Of a stretch of 64,000 nt of DNA, positions 1-10,970 are shown piece by piece. Source of the DNA: Vairimorpha necatrix (taxonomy: Eukaryota); assembly GCA_036630325.1 (NCBI GenBank), contig CP142736.1, positions 62,001 to 126,000 of the forward strand, in the 5' to 3' direction. Position 1 is the stretch's first letter. Each line of letters opens with the position of its first letter. The position numbers were made by a program, and so were the translations under genes. Below the pieces are notes generated by a model. That model made no database searches and was not told the DNA's origin. It saw nothing but the letters and a program-made list of their open reading frames with translations.

Positions 1-776
1 TTATTTATCTTTTAGTATCACAAGTGCATTGTGGTGGTTGTTCTCTAACTTTTTTGCACTGGAAATTTTGGGATAGAAAAAAATAAAGTACACATACCGA
101 GGGAAACGTTTGAGCATCTTTAACTGTTGATATTTACTGTTAGCAGGAAATAACACATATTAGTTATTCCTGTAATTTTTGTTGTTTTAAAAGAAGTCTT
201 ATTCTAAAATTCCATTTGTAGAAATATCTTTAAAAGTGAAAATGTTTTTTGTACATTTGTAAAAACAATATTTATTGTACAAATTCTATTAAGTAACTAT
301 CTTGTTCTATGACTAAAAATTAATTTATTTGAATTAATTTTTCGTGATTTGTAAGATGAAAAAAGAAACAAATGAATTTTAAAAAATTTTCTTATTTTGT
401 GAAATGTATAATCGTTACTAAATGTACGATTTTTTTATATTTTGTATTTTTAGTAATGATCTGATGTTAAATGGCGTGGATTTGCTTACGATGACGTTTT
501 TAATTTAAATGAAAATTTTGTTGATTAATAATTGATTTACAAACAGCAAATTTTCCGAAAAGTATCATTCTGATTTTGTTTTTTTAAATTTTGAACTTTG
601 ATTAGATGAGAATTATATACGTAGTTGATAAGTATTATAATATATGTTTGTAATGTTAAATATTTGTATTTATCAAGCAACAATTGATGAATAAATGATA
701 CAAGTATGACTATATAAGTTATAAAATAGACTTTATCAATATATAAAATATATAAGATGAATTTTTGGTAACCCCT

Positions 777-2081
777 ATGATTTTTTCCTATAAAAATGAA
801 ATTTTTCTTTTTGTATTAGTATCATGTAATATTTGTTCTCCAAACGAATCTGATATAAATATTTATGCAGGCATGAACTATGATGTTGGCTTTAATTCAA
901 ATGTTATTAATAATGGCGTAAATAAATTCGAATCTGAAAAGAAAGAATTTTATCAAGAACTAACAAAAAGCATTAATTCAATTACACACGCTAATTGTCA
1001 TGTATATTTATATTGTAGACGTAATACTATCTTTTATTCAGCCATATCGTGGCTTTACGTCTTGGAAAAATGGGATCTTTTTAAATATGATTGTAAAGTG
1101 GTATTCATAGGTGAGAAAGGAAGCGATGATGGAGGACTCACTAGGGAATATTTAACATTGGCGATACAGAAAATTTATACTCGTGAAAATGCCATTTTAT
1201 ATTCCCCAAGTGGAGATACTTCAAAATTTATTCCCTTAAAAATTTCTACTAATTTGGACACTAAAGAGAAGTATATAAGACGTCTAGCTTATAAAACTTT
1301 AGGCTTTTTGATTGGGCTAATTCTACGAAAATCTGTTACAGCTGAAGTCAGATTAGATCCAATAATGTGGAAAATAATCTTGGAAAAGGATATTTTCATG
1401 GATGATCTAAAAAATGTTGATAAAAGCTTTTCTAGGGCATTAATGGACTTGAACATAAATTTAAATCATCTTAAAGAAATGGACCTTAGATTTGAAGATG
1501 AAGAAGGCAATGAATTGATGCCAAATGGAAAAAATATAATTGTTGATGAAACTAATGTTGATGAATACATTTATCTATGTTTATATGATAAGTACATTTT
1601 AAAGATAAGAGAAGAGTGTGATTTAATAAAAGAAGGAATTTATAAAATTATACCTAAAGAAACATTACAAAAATTATCGTGTGATTCTCTCCAAAAAATA
1701 ATTGCAGGCGAACCATACATTGATATTGAAGATTGGAGAAGAAATACAATTTATCATGAAGGATACGACGAGCATTCTCTACAAATTGTAGCGTTTTGGA
1801 ATGTAGTTGAAAGCTATACACAAGAAGAAAAAAGTAAACTTTTATATTTCTTGACTGGTTCTACTCGGCCGCCAATGGGAGGATTTAAACATCTCAGAGG
1901 TAAAGATAGTATTACTCAATTCAAAATTTCACCAATACCTTCTTATAACGACACGAAACTTCCTTGGACATCTTCATGTTACAATAATTTACATCTTCCA
2001 CTCTATTCGACAGAAGAAATTTTAAGAGAAAAATTAAAAAAAGCAGTAGAATTTTGCGGAAATGAATTTGAATTTAGTTAA
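777..2081 (+). CDS. Stand-alone HECT-domain E3 ubiquitin ligase with a short hydrophobic N-terminus
   Basis: HECT motifs VVFIGEKGSDDGGLTREYL, IDIEDWRRNTIY, FWNVV, LLYFLTGSTRPPMGGF, catalytic LPWTSSCYNNLHLP and C-terminal FEFS. The ATG at 777 follows CCCCT; the track's TTG start at 765 is unlikely. Confidence 0.92.
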   Translation: MIFSYKNEIFLFVLVSCNICSPNESDINIYAGMNYDVGFNSNVINNGVNKFESEKKEFYQELTKSINSITHANCHVYLYCRRNTIFYSAISWLYVLEKWDLFKYDCKVVFIGEKGSDDGGLTREYLTLAIQKIYTRENAILYSPSGDTSKFIPLKISTNLDTKEKYIRRLAYKTLGFLIGLILRKSVTAEVRLDPIMWKIILEKDIFMDDLKNVDKSFSRALMDLNINLNHLKEMDLRFEDEEGNELMPNGKNIIVDETNVDEYIYLCLYDKYILKIREECDLIKEGIYKIIPKETLQKLSCDSLQKIIAGEPYIDIEDWRRNTIYHEGYDEHSLQIVAFWNVVESYTQEEKSKLLYFLTGSTRPPMGGFKHLRGKDSITQFKISPIPSYNDTKLPWTSSCYNNLHLPLYSTEEILREKLKKAVEFCGNEFEFS

Positions 2082-3588
2082 TAAATATTTCATTTTATGA
2101 TTTAATGTATTAAAATCTAAATTTTCATATTTCAATATTATTTAAAAAATTCAACAAATATTAACACTGTAATGAATTCAAATTATAGTTCTAAGAGACA
2201 AAGCAATACAGAAACCTTTTAATTGATTAATCAGATGTTTTTGTGTCTTATTCTAAAAATTTTTGGTTTTATATCTACTTACTGTTAATTTTACCTTCTT
2301 ATTTTACAGCTTCAAATTTCCAAGTGCATATTTTTTATCTAAGGTATTATTTAGAAAAAAACAGGTTTTAGATTTTTTCTGACAAATTGTTACAATTATC
2401 TTTTATATCATACGTCTACACTAAGAGAAACAAAAAAGTATTTGTTTTTTTTAATGGGTTGTAATGTTACTTTTTTATGATAGTGATCGAATGCAATTTC
2501 TTTAATAGTTAGTGTTAAAGTAATCAATAACGACAATTTTTATGAGCAACAATTAATAACATTAAAAGAGTCTTCGAGACGTCATTTTTACTATTAAAAA
2601 GAGTTTTAAATAAGTAATATGCTGTGATAATACTAATTATAAATGATTCTTGTAATTATTCCTTATTTTCAAAAATCATTTGCTAAAAACTTTAAAATTT
2701 TATTACAATTTGTAAATTGTAGATATGCTCTAACCATTTTTAGAATACCTAAATATTCCATTTACACTGCTAAATTGCAGTAAACGAAACAATATTTAAT
2801 CTACAACAAAGTATCCTTCAACTGATTTGTTTCTCTCTGAATATGCATTAATAATATAGAAAATGTCCAAATAAAATACCCTAGTTAAACTTTAAACCAA
2901 AAAAAATGTAAAAACTACACAAAATATAAATTCATCATTTTATTATTGTAACCAACATCATTCAAAAGAATATGCAAGATTTAGGAATGTTAAAAAATTC
3001 AAAACTATATATATTTGGTAGTACATCTCCATATCTAGCCATTAAAGTTGCTATATTTTTCTTATCATGACAATGAAGCTTTAGACATATAAGTATACAT
3101 ATCATCGAATCTATATTTAATAACTAAAAATCATGTTCATCCTATGTTCGACGTATTTCAAATTCTCTAAATTACATTTTAGTTAAAAAATTTACAAATA
3201 ACAAAATTTTTAAAAAAATTCCTTTCTGAAATCGAAATATAAAACCGAAAAGAAAATATCTATGAACAATTTAAACATTAGAAGTTAAACAAAAAACTAT
3301 AAATTGTATGGGAAATCTTATTAAAAACAAATAAACAAGATTTTATTAAGAAATACATTGTAATATTAAAAGGGGTTTATTTGAGAAATAGCTATGTTTT
3401 TTGTACAATATAACCCTTATAGTGGTGCTTAGATCCTGCAGATATAAAGTAGTTAATTCGTACGTTTTTGAACATTTTTTATACGTTAAGAAGAACAGCT
3501 TTAAAATGCCCGTGGTCCAAAATTAAAAAATTTAATAAATAATTTTTTTCTAAAATCTAAAGGTTTTCAGAGGATATGTGATTTATTT

Positions 3589-4390
3589 GGGGTGCCCTTG
3601 GCCGAGTGGTCGAAGGGATGTTCTCATTGACCAATGGGCTGGGTTCGAGTCCCAGGGGCACCAAATTGTTTCTACTTTCTATGATGCAGTTGGAACAACT
3701 CAGATGATGAAAATGTCCACGGTAATCATTAAGTTGATTCAATGAAACTTGTGTGTGTCCAGCCACAAGGGGATTAGCATCTAGTGTAGAAACGCACCTC
3801 AAGGCCAAAAAGCAGCATCGCCCTTTGGTGACTTAATGATACATAAAAGTATCTAATGGGTACGGCCTAGTTGGAGCCTATGGCTGGTGCACTCTAGAGT
3901 GGGATCCTAGAGCTAACTAAGAGACTAGACGAAGTAGGGCAATAGAAGGTCTCGTGGACCCTATCCTACATGATTCTGTAACACGGTGGCCGAAACTAGT
4001 GGGAGACTGGTGGTCAACGCAGTCCAATAAAAATGCCGGGCTGGGGATGTGGTCGTGTAAGGAGCCGTGTGTGCGATACAGATGATTGTAGGGACCTTTG
4101 AGTCAGTACGATGATGTCTCTCCTCGGGTTATAGATAACCATGCCCGTTAAGTATATCCGCTGTGAGGTCACTCTGGACGCGATTTGAGGTATAAATGGA
4201 AAGTGTTCTCCTGGAGCCAAAGTCCAATGGATACGGCGGAGCTTGCTGCACCGGCAAGTTATACGGAGGGAGTTTTAGTGAGTAAGAATCTCACAGTACC
4301 AGTTGGAAAAGGATCACACCCAAATCCCTCTGGTCCCTATGTAAGGTTTCTCCCTACCTCTTACTTGCAAAGAAAAAAAAAAAAAAAAAA
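3589..4390 (+). mobile_element. tRNA-derived SINE (~800 bp) with poly(A) tail and 13-bp TSD
   Basis: GC-rich island starting with a tRNA-like head and ending in an A-run at ~4373-4390. Flanked by ATGTGATTTATTT at 3576-3588 and 4391-4403. Confidence 0.85.
3591..3663 (+). promoter_or_regulatory. tRNA-like head (Pol III A-box/B-box) of the SINE
   Basis: Acceptor stem GGTGCCC/GGGCACC, A-box TGGCCGAGTGG, T-arm CTGGG-TTCGAGT-CCCAG. No proper anticodon arm. Confidence 0.8.
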
Positions 4391-6746
4391 ATGTGATTTA
4401 TTTATGGATCCAAATTAGGCATAAAAAGTTTTAAAGAGCAATATTTGTATAAGATTTGGTGTTTATAATAGTTAAAATCACTTGTTGAAAAAAAATGTTT
4501 TATATACGATTGAGAAAAAAACAAAATCGTCTTTATTTCTATTTTATTTAATCACTACATTTTGATAATTTTTTTGTTCTTTTACAATCTAATTTACTTG
4601 TTATAAAAATATTATTAAAATCGGTAAGTGATAAATATAGCATTTGCGTTAAATTTTTAATGTATTGTTCATATTAATACAACTATATGCATCTGATCAA
4701 GTTATAAAGCTCATATGATCAATATACGTATAACTCTTTCTAATTATTAAAGTTTTGACTTTATATATGATTATAAAAGAAGAAAGAAGAATATTTTATT
4801 TAGATTTTTTGGTTTTTTATAAATTTTACTGTGTATTTGTATTTATTGTTTTTAACACTCTTTTTCTAAATTCAAAAATCTAAAAAATATTATCTGAATT
4901 TCCGGATTAGGAGATCCGCCCCAATAGTCGAATTTTACAACTTTAAAAAATTTTAACTAGTAAAGAGATCCATCCCGCAGCCGAATGGCAAAAAATTAAA
5001 TTTTTAAAAATGAACCCTAAAAAAACCATTAATTTTTTCTAGTAATCTCCAACTCGAGATCTGTCATACTTATGTTTCCAATGTTTCACGCAATTTTTTA
5101 ACTCTTTTAATTTTTTTTATATTGTAAGATTTCTTTTTCATAGGGGTAAATTTTCAACAAAATTTAAAAGAAATTTCAAATAATTTTTATCAACAGATAT
5201 GACCCACCCATAGAAAAGATCTAAAGTCTTTTCTATGGGCGGATATATTAATCTGGAAACAAAGGTACTTACTTATTATGCATTCTATTGTGGATATCAA
5301 CCTTCGAATTAATCTGTGCTGCACAAACTTTACACTAATTAGTCTTAAGATTTGTTTTGAACTTAAAAGATACAAATACATTGTAAAATGTAGTGTGTTT
5401 CAAATAAGACTATAGTAAGGTGAACAGCTAAACCTTTCTTCGTATTCTCAGAATAAAACAGCAAGTTGCATGGTCTCCTATTACTACATTTTTCGAAGAG
5501 AAAATCCGCGTTATCTTAACCTTTTCTTTAACCAAATAATATTTTAATGTATAGCAAATACTCGTAAATGATAAAAAAACAATATTTTTTTGAGAATCAA
5601 TTTAGTCGAACCATTATGTTTAAAATAAAAACCTAAATGATATTTAGTTATAGTTAAATATTCTCATGCCAAAGATATATATAGACATTCATTATAATAT
5701 CTGTAAAAAATTTTAACATACACTAAGAAATTAGATTAACCTTCTATGATTGATGATTTGCAAAATTAATTATTCTACTAAACAATATAATTAATTAATT
5801 CATTGTTTGCTCATGCATATAGAAATAGCTCTTAAACGCCAACTTGCGGCTTTCTACAAAATATATTTGGTTTTGTATCACAAGACTTCCAATTGCAGTA
5901 ATTTTAGTTAGCAAAAAGCTACTAAAAAATGCCTGAAAAGTACATTAGCAATTTTTTTTATTAGGTAATTCGAAGTTTTATATTTGTAAAGATTTCTGTT
6001 TGAAATAACTTTTTTTTTACTAACATTTCTATTGTTTAATTGGTCTTATATTTTTTTAGATTTCGTATTGCAATTATCTATCAGATTATTTGTTAATATC
6101 TAAAATTGGAGCTAATAATTCAAATCGTTATTGATTAAGAAATATTGCTCTTGTTATATTATTCAAATAGAAAGCTTATAAACTTTAAACCATTTACTTT
6201 TGTTTTTTATAGAAATTACGTATATTTTACAACTTAAAAAGAAAATATGTTTATTGCAGAGATCTTGAGTGCCTTTAATGATTATATTATAAATTTTATA
6301 TAAACAAACATGTTGATATTCGATATGGAAATATTGGGATGTTATCAGTGTTATTACATCTCTGTATCTTGATATTTATTGAGATACTAAGTACAATCAA
6401 AACATTAAGATAAAAATTAGTTTGTATATAGCTTGTTCTGTGCATTTTCTATACCTTCTATGTTTCCTCATATAAAAAACTGGAGGAGAATATCAACTAA
6501 AAAGTTTTTAACAAAAATTTATGGTATACTGCATATAAAAGATAAACATACTGATCCAATTCACAAAAACTTTGTTTGAAATACCAATTTAATAAATTTT
6601 ATTTTGTATATATAAACTGCGTATTTAAGTAGATATTAACCCTCTACTACTTTGTATTAAAAAGTTGTGTATTAAATTAATATTTTTATCCAAAATTTTA
6701 CTCTATTAGGAAATACATTGTTAAAAAACATTTTGAATTTAAACCT

Positions 6747-8936
6747 TTATTTTTCTATTTTCGATTGATCTTGTAGCACTTTGATTAAATTATTGAATAA
6801 TTGTATATTATTATTTATAATATTAAGTTTTTCTTTCTGACTCAACGTATTTAATAATTTTCGTAGAATGTATTTCCAATTTGATTTAATACTTGCATCG
6901 TTGGTAAATTCACTTTTAAAATATTCAATCAAAACATGAAATAAGAATTTTTTACCATTTTTTCTGATGTTTTCCGTGATATATTTTTTGAGGTTTATTA
7001 TGAATTGTTGCCTTAAGTTAATTCTATATTCGTTTATAAGATCTATGCTAATATTCATTGAAAAAAGTTTCAAAGCACAGTCACTAACAGAATTCTCAAT
7101 GTTTTCTATTCCTTCATTTTCATATTCCTTTGTTTTTACTTCATTAAATAAGTTTTGTAAATTACAATCAAGAATTTTGTTATAAATGCTGTTTAAATTT
7201 TTTTCTAATTGAGCTTTTTGGTGTATTTGTTTTATAGCCTTTATGTTTTCCTGTTTTATTTTGCTTTTGACTGTATTTCCCCATAATAATTTTCTTGAAA
7301 TTTCAAGATATGATTCTATCCTAATTGGATCAAGTCCTAGATTTGTTATAACTTGATCTTTTTCGATGTGATAATATACCGATGAAAAACGATTCATAAA
7401 AAATATATCTTTATATCCTGTGAATAAAGCAATTGTACTGCAGATTTTTTGTTCTACTTCTTTTTTATATTTGTCAAAGTTATTGTTATGAATTATTGCT
7501 ATATCCTCACAAGTTTTTATTAGGTTAATATTAAATTTTGGGCCATTACATCCGAATTCTTTTTTCTTGTTTAGTATTCCAATATCTTTTAATATATTAA
7601 ATAATATAACATTACATAAATTCTCATTATTTATATAGTTTTCTGTTTCTAATAATAAACAAAAAGCTATAAAATACAAGTCTGTTGTGTAGAAACGCTT
7701 TTTTAGATTTGTTGAAACTCTATTACTTAAAGTTGTCTTGTTCAGTCCACAGTCCTCGTTATTTCCAATTATCTTATGCAAAATATTTATATTTATTATT
7801 GTCTTATCTAACAATAAGTGGGCAAAAATTATATTTAGAGCTGATCCTGGGTTGTTTATAATTCTTTCGACAAGAAATTCTATTTTGTTATTTGATTCTA
7901 TCAATTTGTAAAACATACTAATGCCTTCGGTTTTTTTTGTGTTTTTGAGTCTAGATAAGATCGTTTGGAATTCTATAAAGGAATTCTTGCCAATAAATAT
8001 ATTATTTTTTCCTTCTTCTAAATAATTTACTGCATAATAAGAATATACCATTGAGTTTATGTTTAAAGTAACTACCTCTTCTTCTATTTTCATTTTAATA
8101 TACTGTTTATGATAAGATATTTCAACTTGACTTTTTGTAGATTCCATTTTTAATATAAAGTTAGGGATTTGGCCTAAATCAAAATTCTCATAAGACAACT
8201 TGTATATATCAAGAATCTTCTCCAATTTTCCATTATCAATTTCATTACGAATTTTGATTTCTGTATCAACTAAGTAATAAAGCTCATCAATGCAAAATTC
8301 AAAGAAATAAAGCATATTACCTAGGTCAATACGTAAACAAATATAATACTTATTATTTGAAACAAATTTATAATAGTAAACAGATGACTGAAACGTTTTT
8401 AGATGACAATTTTTTTTAGGATTTTTTATTTCAGATATAATTTTTTGCAATTCATCATCTGTATCACAATTGTTTTCGTAATATATATGGAAAAAATTAT
8501 CCTCTATTTTTCTTGTAGTGTTTAATATTTTTAGTTCGTCTACTAGTCTTTTCATGATTAGATAATTATTATAATCATATACACTGTATAAAAATATAAT
8601 TGAATAGTTATTTAAAACGTTCAATATCGTTTCTATGTTCTTCTCCATTTCTAAGATAATGTCATTAGAATTTTTTTCCTCTACTTTGATTTCAAAACAC
8701 CCATAATTTAATGTTAATCTACGATCAACTCCTGTATTTCGAATTCTAAATTTTATTCTTTTGTCATAAGCATCATAGCATGCAAATATACTTAAGTTAA
8801 TATATTGTTCAGATATATCAAAATATATGTAATTTCTACTTTCTATTTTTACCATAAACATATCTATAATTCTTTCTAATAAAGTTTGTTTTGTCTTAAC
8901 AAACTCAATCGAAAAAAATATTTTCAAGATATTCAT
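6747..8936 (-). CDS. Lineage-specific putative secreted protein, family A copy 1
   Basis: Long ORF with ATG at 8936 after CCCC-TAAT (MNILKIFFSIEFV). Shares FFEF, ERIINNPGSALNIIF and CLLLETENYI motifs with the ORFs at 20860, 36318 and 53373. Confidence 0.8.
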   Translation of the reverse strand: MNILKIFFSIEFVKTKQTLLERIIDMFMVKIESRNYIYFDISEQYINLSIFACYDAYDKRIKFRIRNTGVDRRLTLNYGCFEIKVEEKNSNDIILEMEKNIETILNVLNNYSIIFLYSVYDYNNYLIMKRLVDELKILNTTRKIEDNFFHIYYENNCDTDDELQKIISEIKNPKKNCHLKTFQSSVYYYKFVSNNKYYICLRIDLGNMLYFFEFCIDELYYLVDTEIKIRNEIDNGKLEKILDIYKLSYENFDLGQIPNFILKMESTKSQVEISYHKQYIKMKIEEEVVTLNINSMVYSYYAVNYLEEGKNNIFIGKNSFIEFQTILSRLKNTKKTEGISMFYKLIESNNKIEFLVERIINNPGSALNIIFAHLLLDKTIININILHKIIGNNEDCGLNKTTLSNRVSTNLKKRFYTTDLYFIAFCLLLETENYINNENLCNVILFNILKDIGILNKKKEFGCNGPKFNINLIKTCEDIAIIHNNNFDKYKKEVEQKICSTIALFTGYKDIFFMNRFSSVYYHIEKDQVITNLGLDPIRIESYLEISRKLLWGNTVKSKIKQENIKAIKQIHQKAQLEKNLNSIYNKILDCNLQNLFNEVKTKEYENEGIENIENSVSDCALKLFSMNISIDLINEYRINLRQQFIINLKKYITENIRKNGKKFLFHVLIEYFKSEFTNDASIKSNWKYILRKLLNTLSQKEKLNIINNNIQLFNNLIKVLQDQSKIEK

Positions 8937-9154
8937 ATTAGGGGCCATACTAGTTTTTTTTATAGAATTTAATCTAAGTCATTTTGTCATTTTATATTGA
9001 TGTCATCTATTAAAGAAGCTACATTATGTTTAGTTTTGACTTGAAATAATAATTTTAAGCATATTAATATTTAAATATGTTTTTTAATGTTGATCAAATA
9101 TTTGATCACTTCTTTTTACGATCATTTTTAAAATAAAATCAGTATAGTGTTAAG

Positions 9155-10093
9155 AAATTGCTTCTTCTAAAAAAAGGAAGGAATGTTAACCAATTAATCG
9201 ATTGTAGATTTTGTATACGCCTATTAAAGAAGAAATATTAAATGAAATGTACAAAATGTTGTATGAAAACAGCAGAAGTATCAACTGAAACTTGCTAATT
9301 AAGAAACAGTATCGAAAAACAAGCACTATTTTGCAATTTGTAATAATGCTTTATTTTCAATAGTAAGGGTGAATATTTAATTGTTTAAATGTTTATATGA
9401 TGATCTTGCAAGTTAAAGTAACTCATTTTCTATGAGTGTTGAGTCGTAACGAACAAAACGTAAGTTACTCCTTAAAAAATAAAGAAATTAAAAATACATA
9501 ATATATTCGAATAGCCTAGTATAGATTGAAGCCATTAAATCGTTATAGAGATATAAGAAATCATAATTGGTATAACTAATTATATATTACAAATTGATCT
9601 TAGGTTCTTGGTTTGGGATTATTGAAATAACAGAAACAAAAAAGATAGTCTTCGAGATCATTATTAAAAAGAAACAGGGTACATATTTTCTTTTATTTAA
9701 GCATTTAAGTATTAGATCCGTCATATATTCTGCTATGTGGAGGGCCTATACCGCCATTTGATACTATTATTGGATCAATAAAATGTGAATCGCAGTTAAA
9801 CATTTCGCAATATCCAAGCAGGTGTCTAAAAAACATCATATAAGTGGAAAAAATGTCATTAAAAGTCTCTATGCCTCTAGGCGTGGAACATATGCCCTTA
9901 CAAATATATATTTTTTATATATGACTAGAAAAATTGAAAGTCGAGATACTTTCAAAACATTATTAAAAATATGTTTTATATGTTTTTTACTTATTTAAAG
10001 CTGAATTTTATAAAATTTTTATATTCATAATAAGTTTTAGTTTTTTTCAAGAAGTTTTCTCTTCCCTTCCTTTTTAAAAAAATGAGACAATTT
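9155..10093 (+). mobile_element. Degenerate Merlin/ISXO2-like transposon remnant
   Basis: Decayed GIIEITETKKIVF and IYSAMWRAY (cf. IYSD-W-AY) peptides. Imperfect inverted ends (aaaaaggaagg / ccttccttttt). Confidence 0.45.
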
Positions 10094-10415
10094 ATTAAAA
10101 CTTAACCCGTGTTTTTTTTTACGTATATGCTAAATTTAATCGATTTTATGGATACTATTTTAGTGTATTTGAGGCGAATGTAAGAAATTTGAAAAATAAA
10201 TTTAATAAAATATATAAAACAAAAATTATTTATTGGAAAGCGTAGAATAAATATTCATCAATACAAATGTTTATCAATTACATTATCGTGATTTTTAAGT
10301 AGTTATTGGTAAGTTGATATATAAAAAAATCATGTTTTGTTTTAACAAGATTTGAGTTTTTTTATAAAGTTCTATGAATACATAAAAAAAATTTTGATTT
10401 GTAAAATCTAAAATA

Positions 10416-10970
10416 AATATTTTATTGAGTAAATTTATTACTTTGAGTTAAATATTTTATTGCGCCGCTTGTCCAGGTATCGCTCCTGAGATTTGGCTCT
10501 TCACAGGCTAAAGTTTCTGTGCAATTATTCATTTTTTTCAACTCCAAATTGTCAGCTTTATTTCCTTTGCCGACACCACATCTTTAACAGTCGCCCTATT
10601 CGCTAGTGCGGTTACAGCTCTAGCCACTCCTTCCTCTCCTGCATCCTCTTGATCATATCCCAGTCGTCGTTCTAAATGATTGACTCTAGAATCTCAACCG
10701 GCCAATAGCCTGGATATATGCTTCAAGGTAGGGAAATTTTCAGTTCCCGTGTGTACTTTCTGTGATATTTGGTCCCCACTTTATTACATAAGAACTATTC
10801 TTGTGCGGGGCTTATGCATTAGTCTCATTTCATTTGCAAGAATGGTCTATTTCTTAGTTTTTCATTCTCGGCTATAGTAAGCCGGTCCTTGTTGGTTATA
10901 CCAAAACAACTATTAAAATTTTTTCTTCTTCTTATCATACAGAAGTATTCCAGGCTTATTATGTCACCTT
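10416..10970 (-). mobile_element. 5'-truncated, decayed RLE-type non-LTR retrotransposon
   Basis: Reverse complement matches 30430-31013, including the endonuclease C-terminus and the ...actcaataaa 3' end. Confidence 0.85.

Noticed and set aside
3591-3663. Functional tRNA gene (CTCAT might suggest Met)
   Set aside because: No pairing anticodon stem and no downstream T-run terminator; it is the head of a TSD-flanked poly(A) element.
3557-4418. Short ORFs within the GC-rich island
   Set aside because: Non-ATG starts and no motifs; expected by chance in GC-rich SINE sequence.
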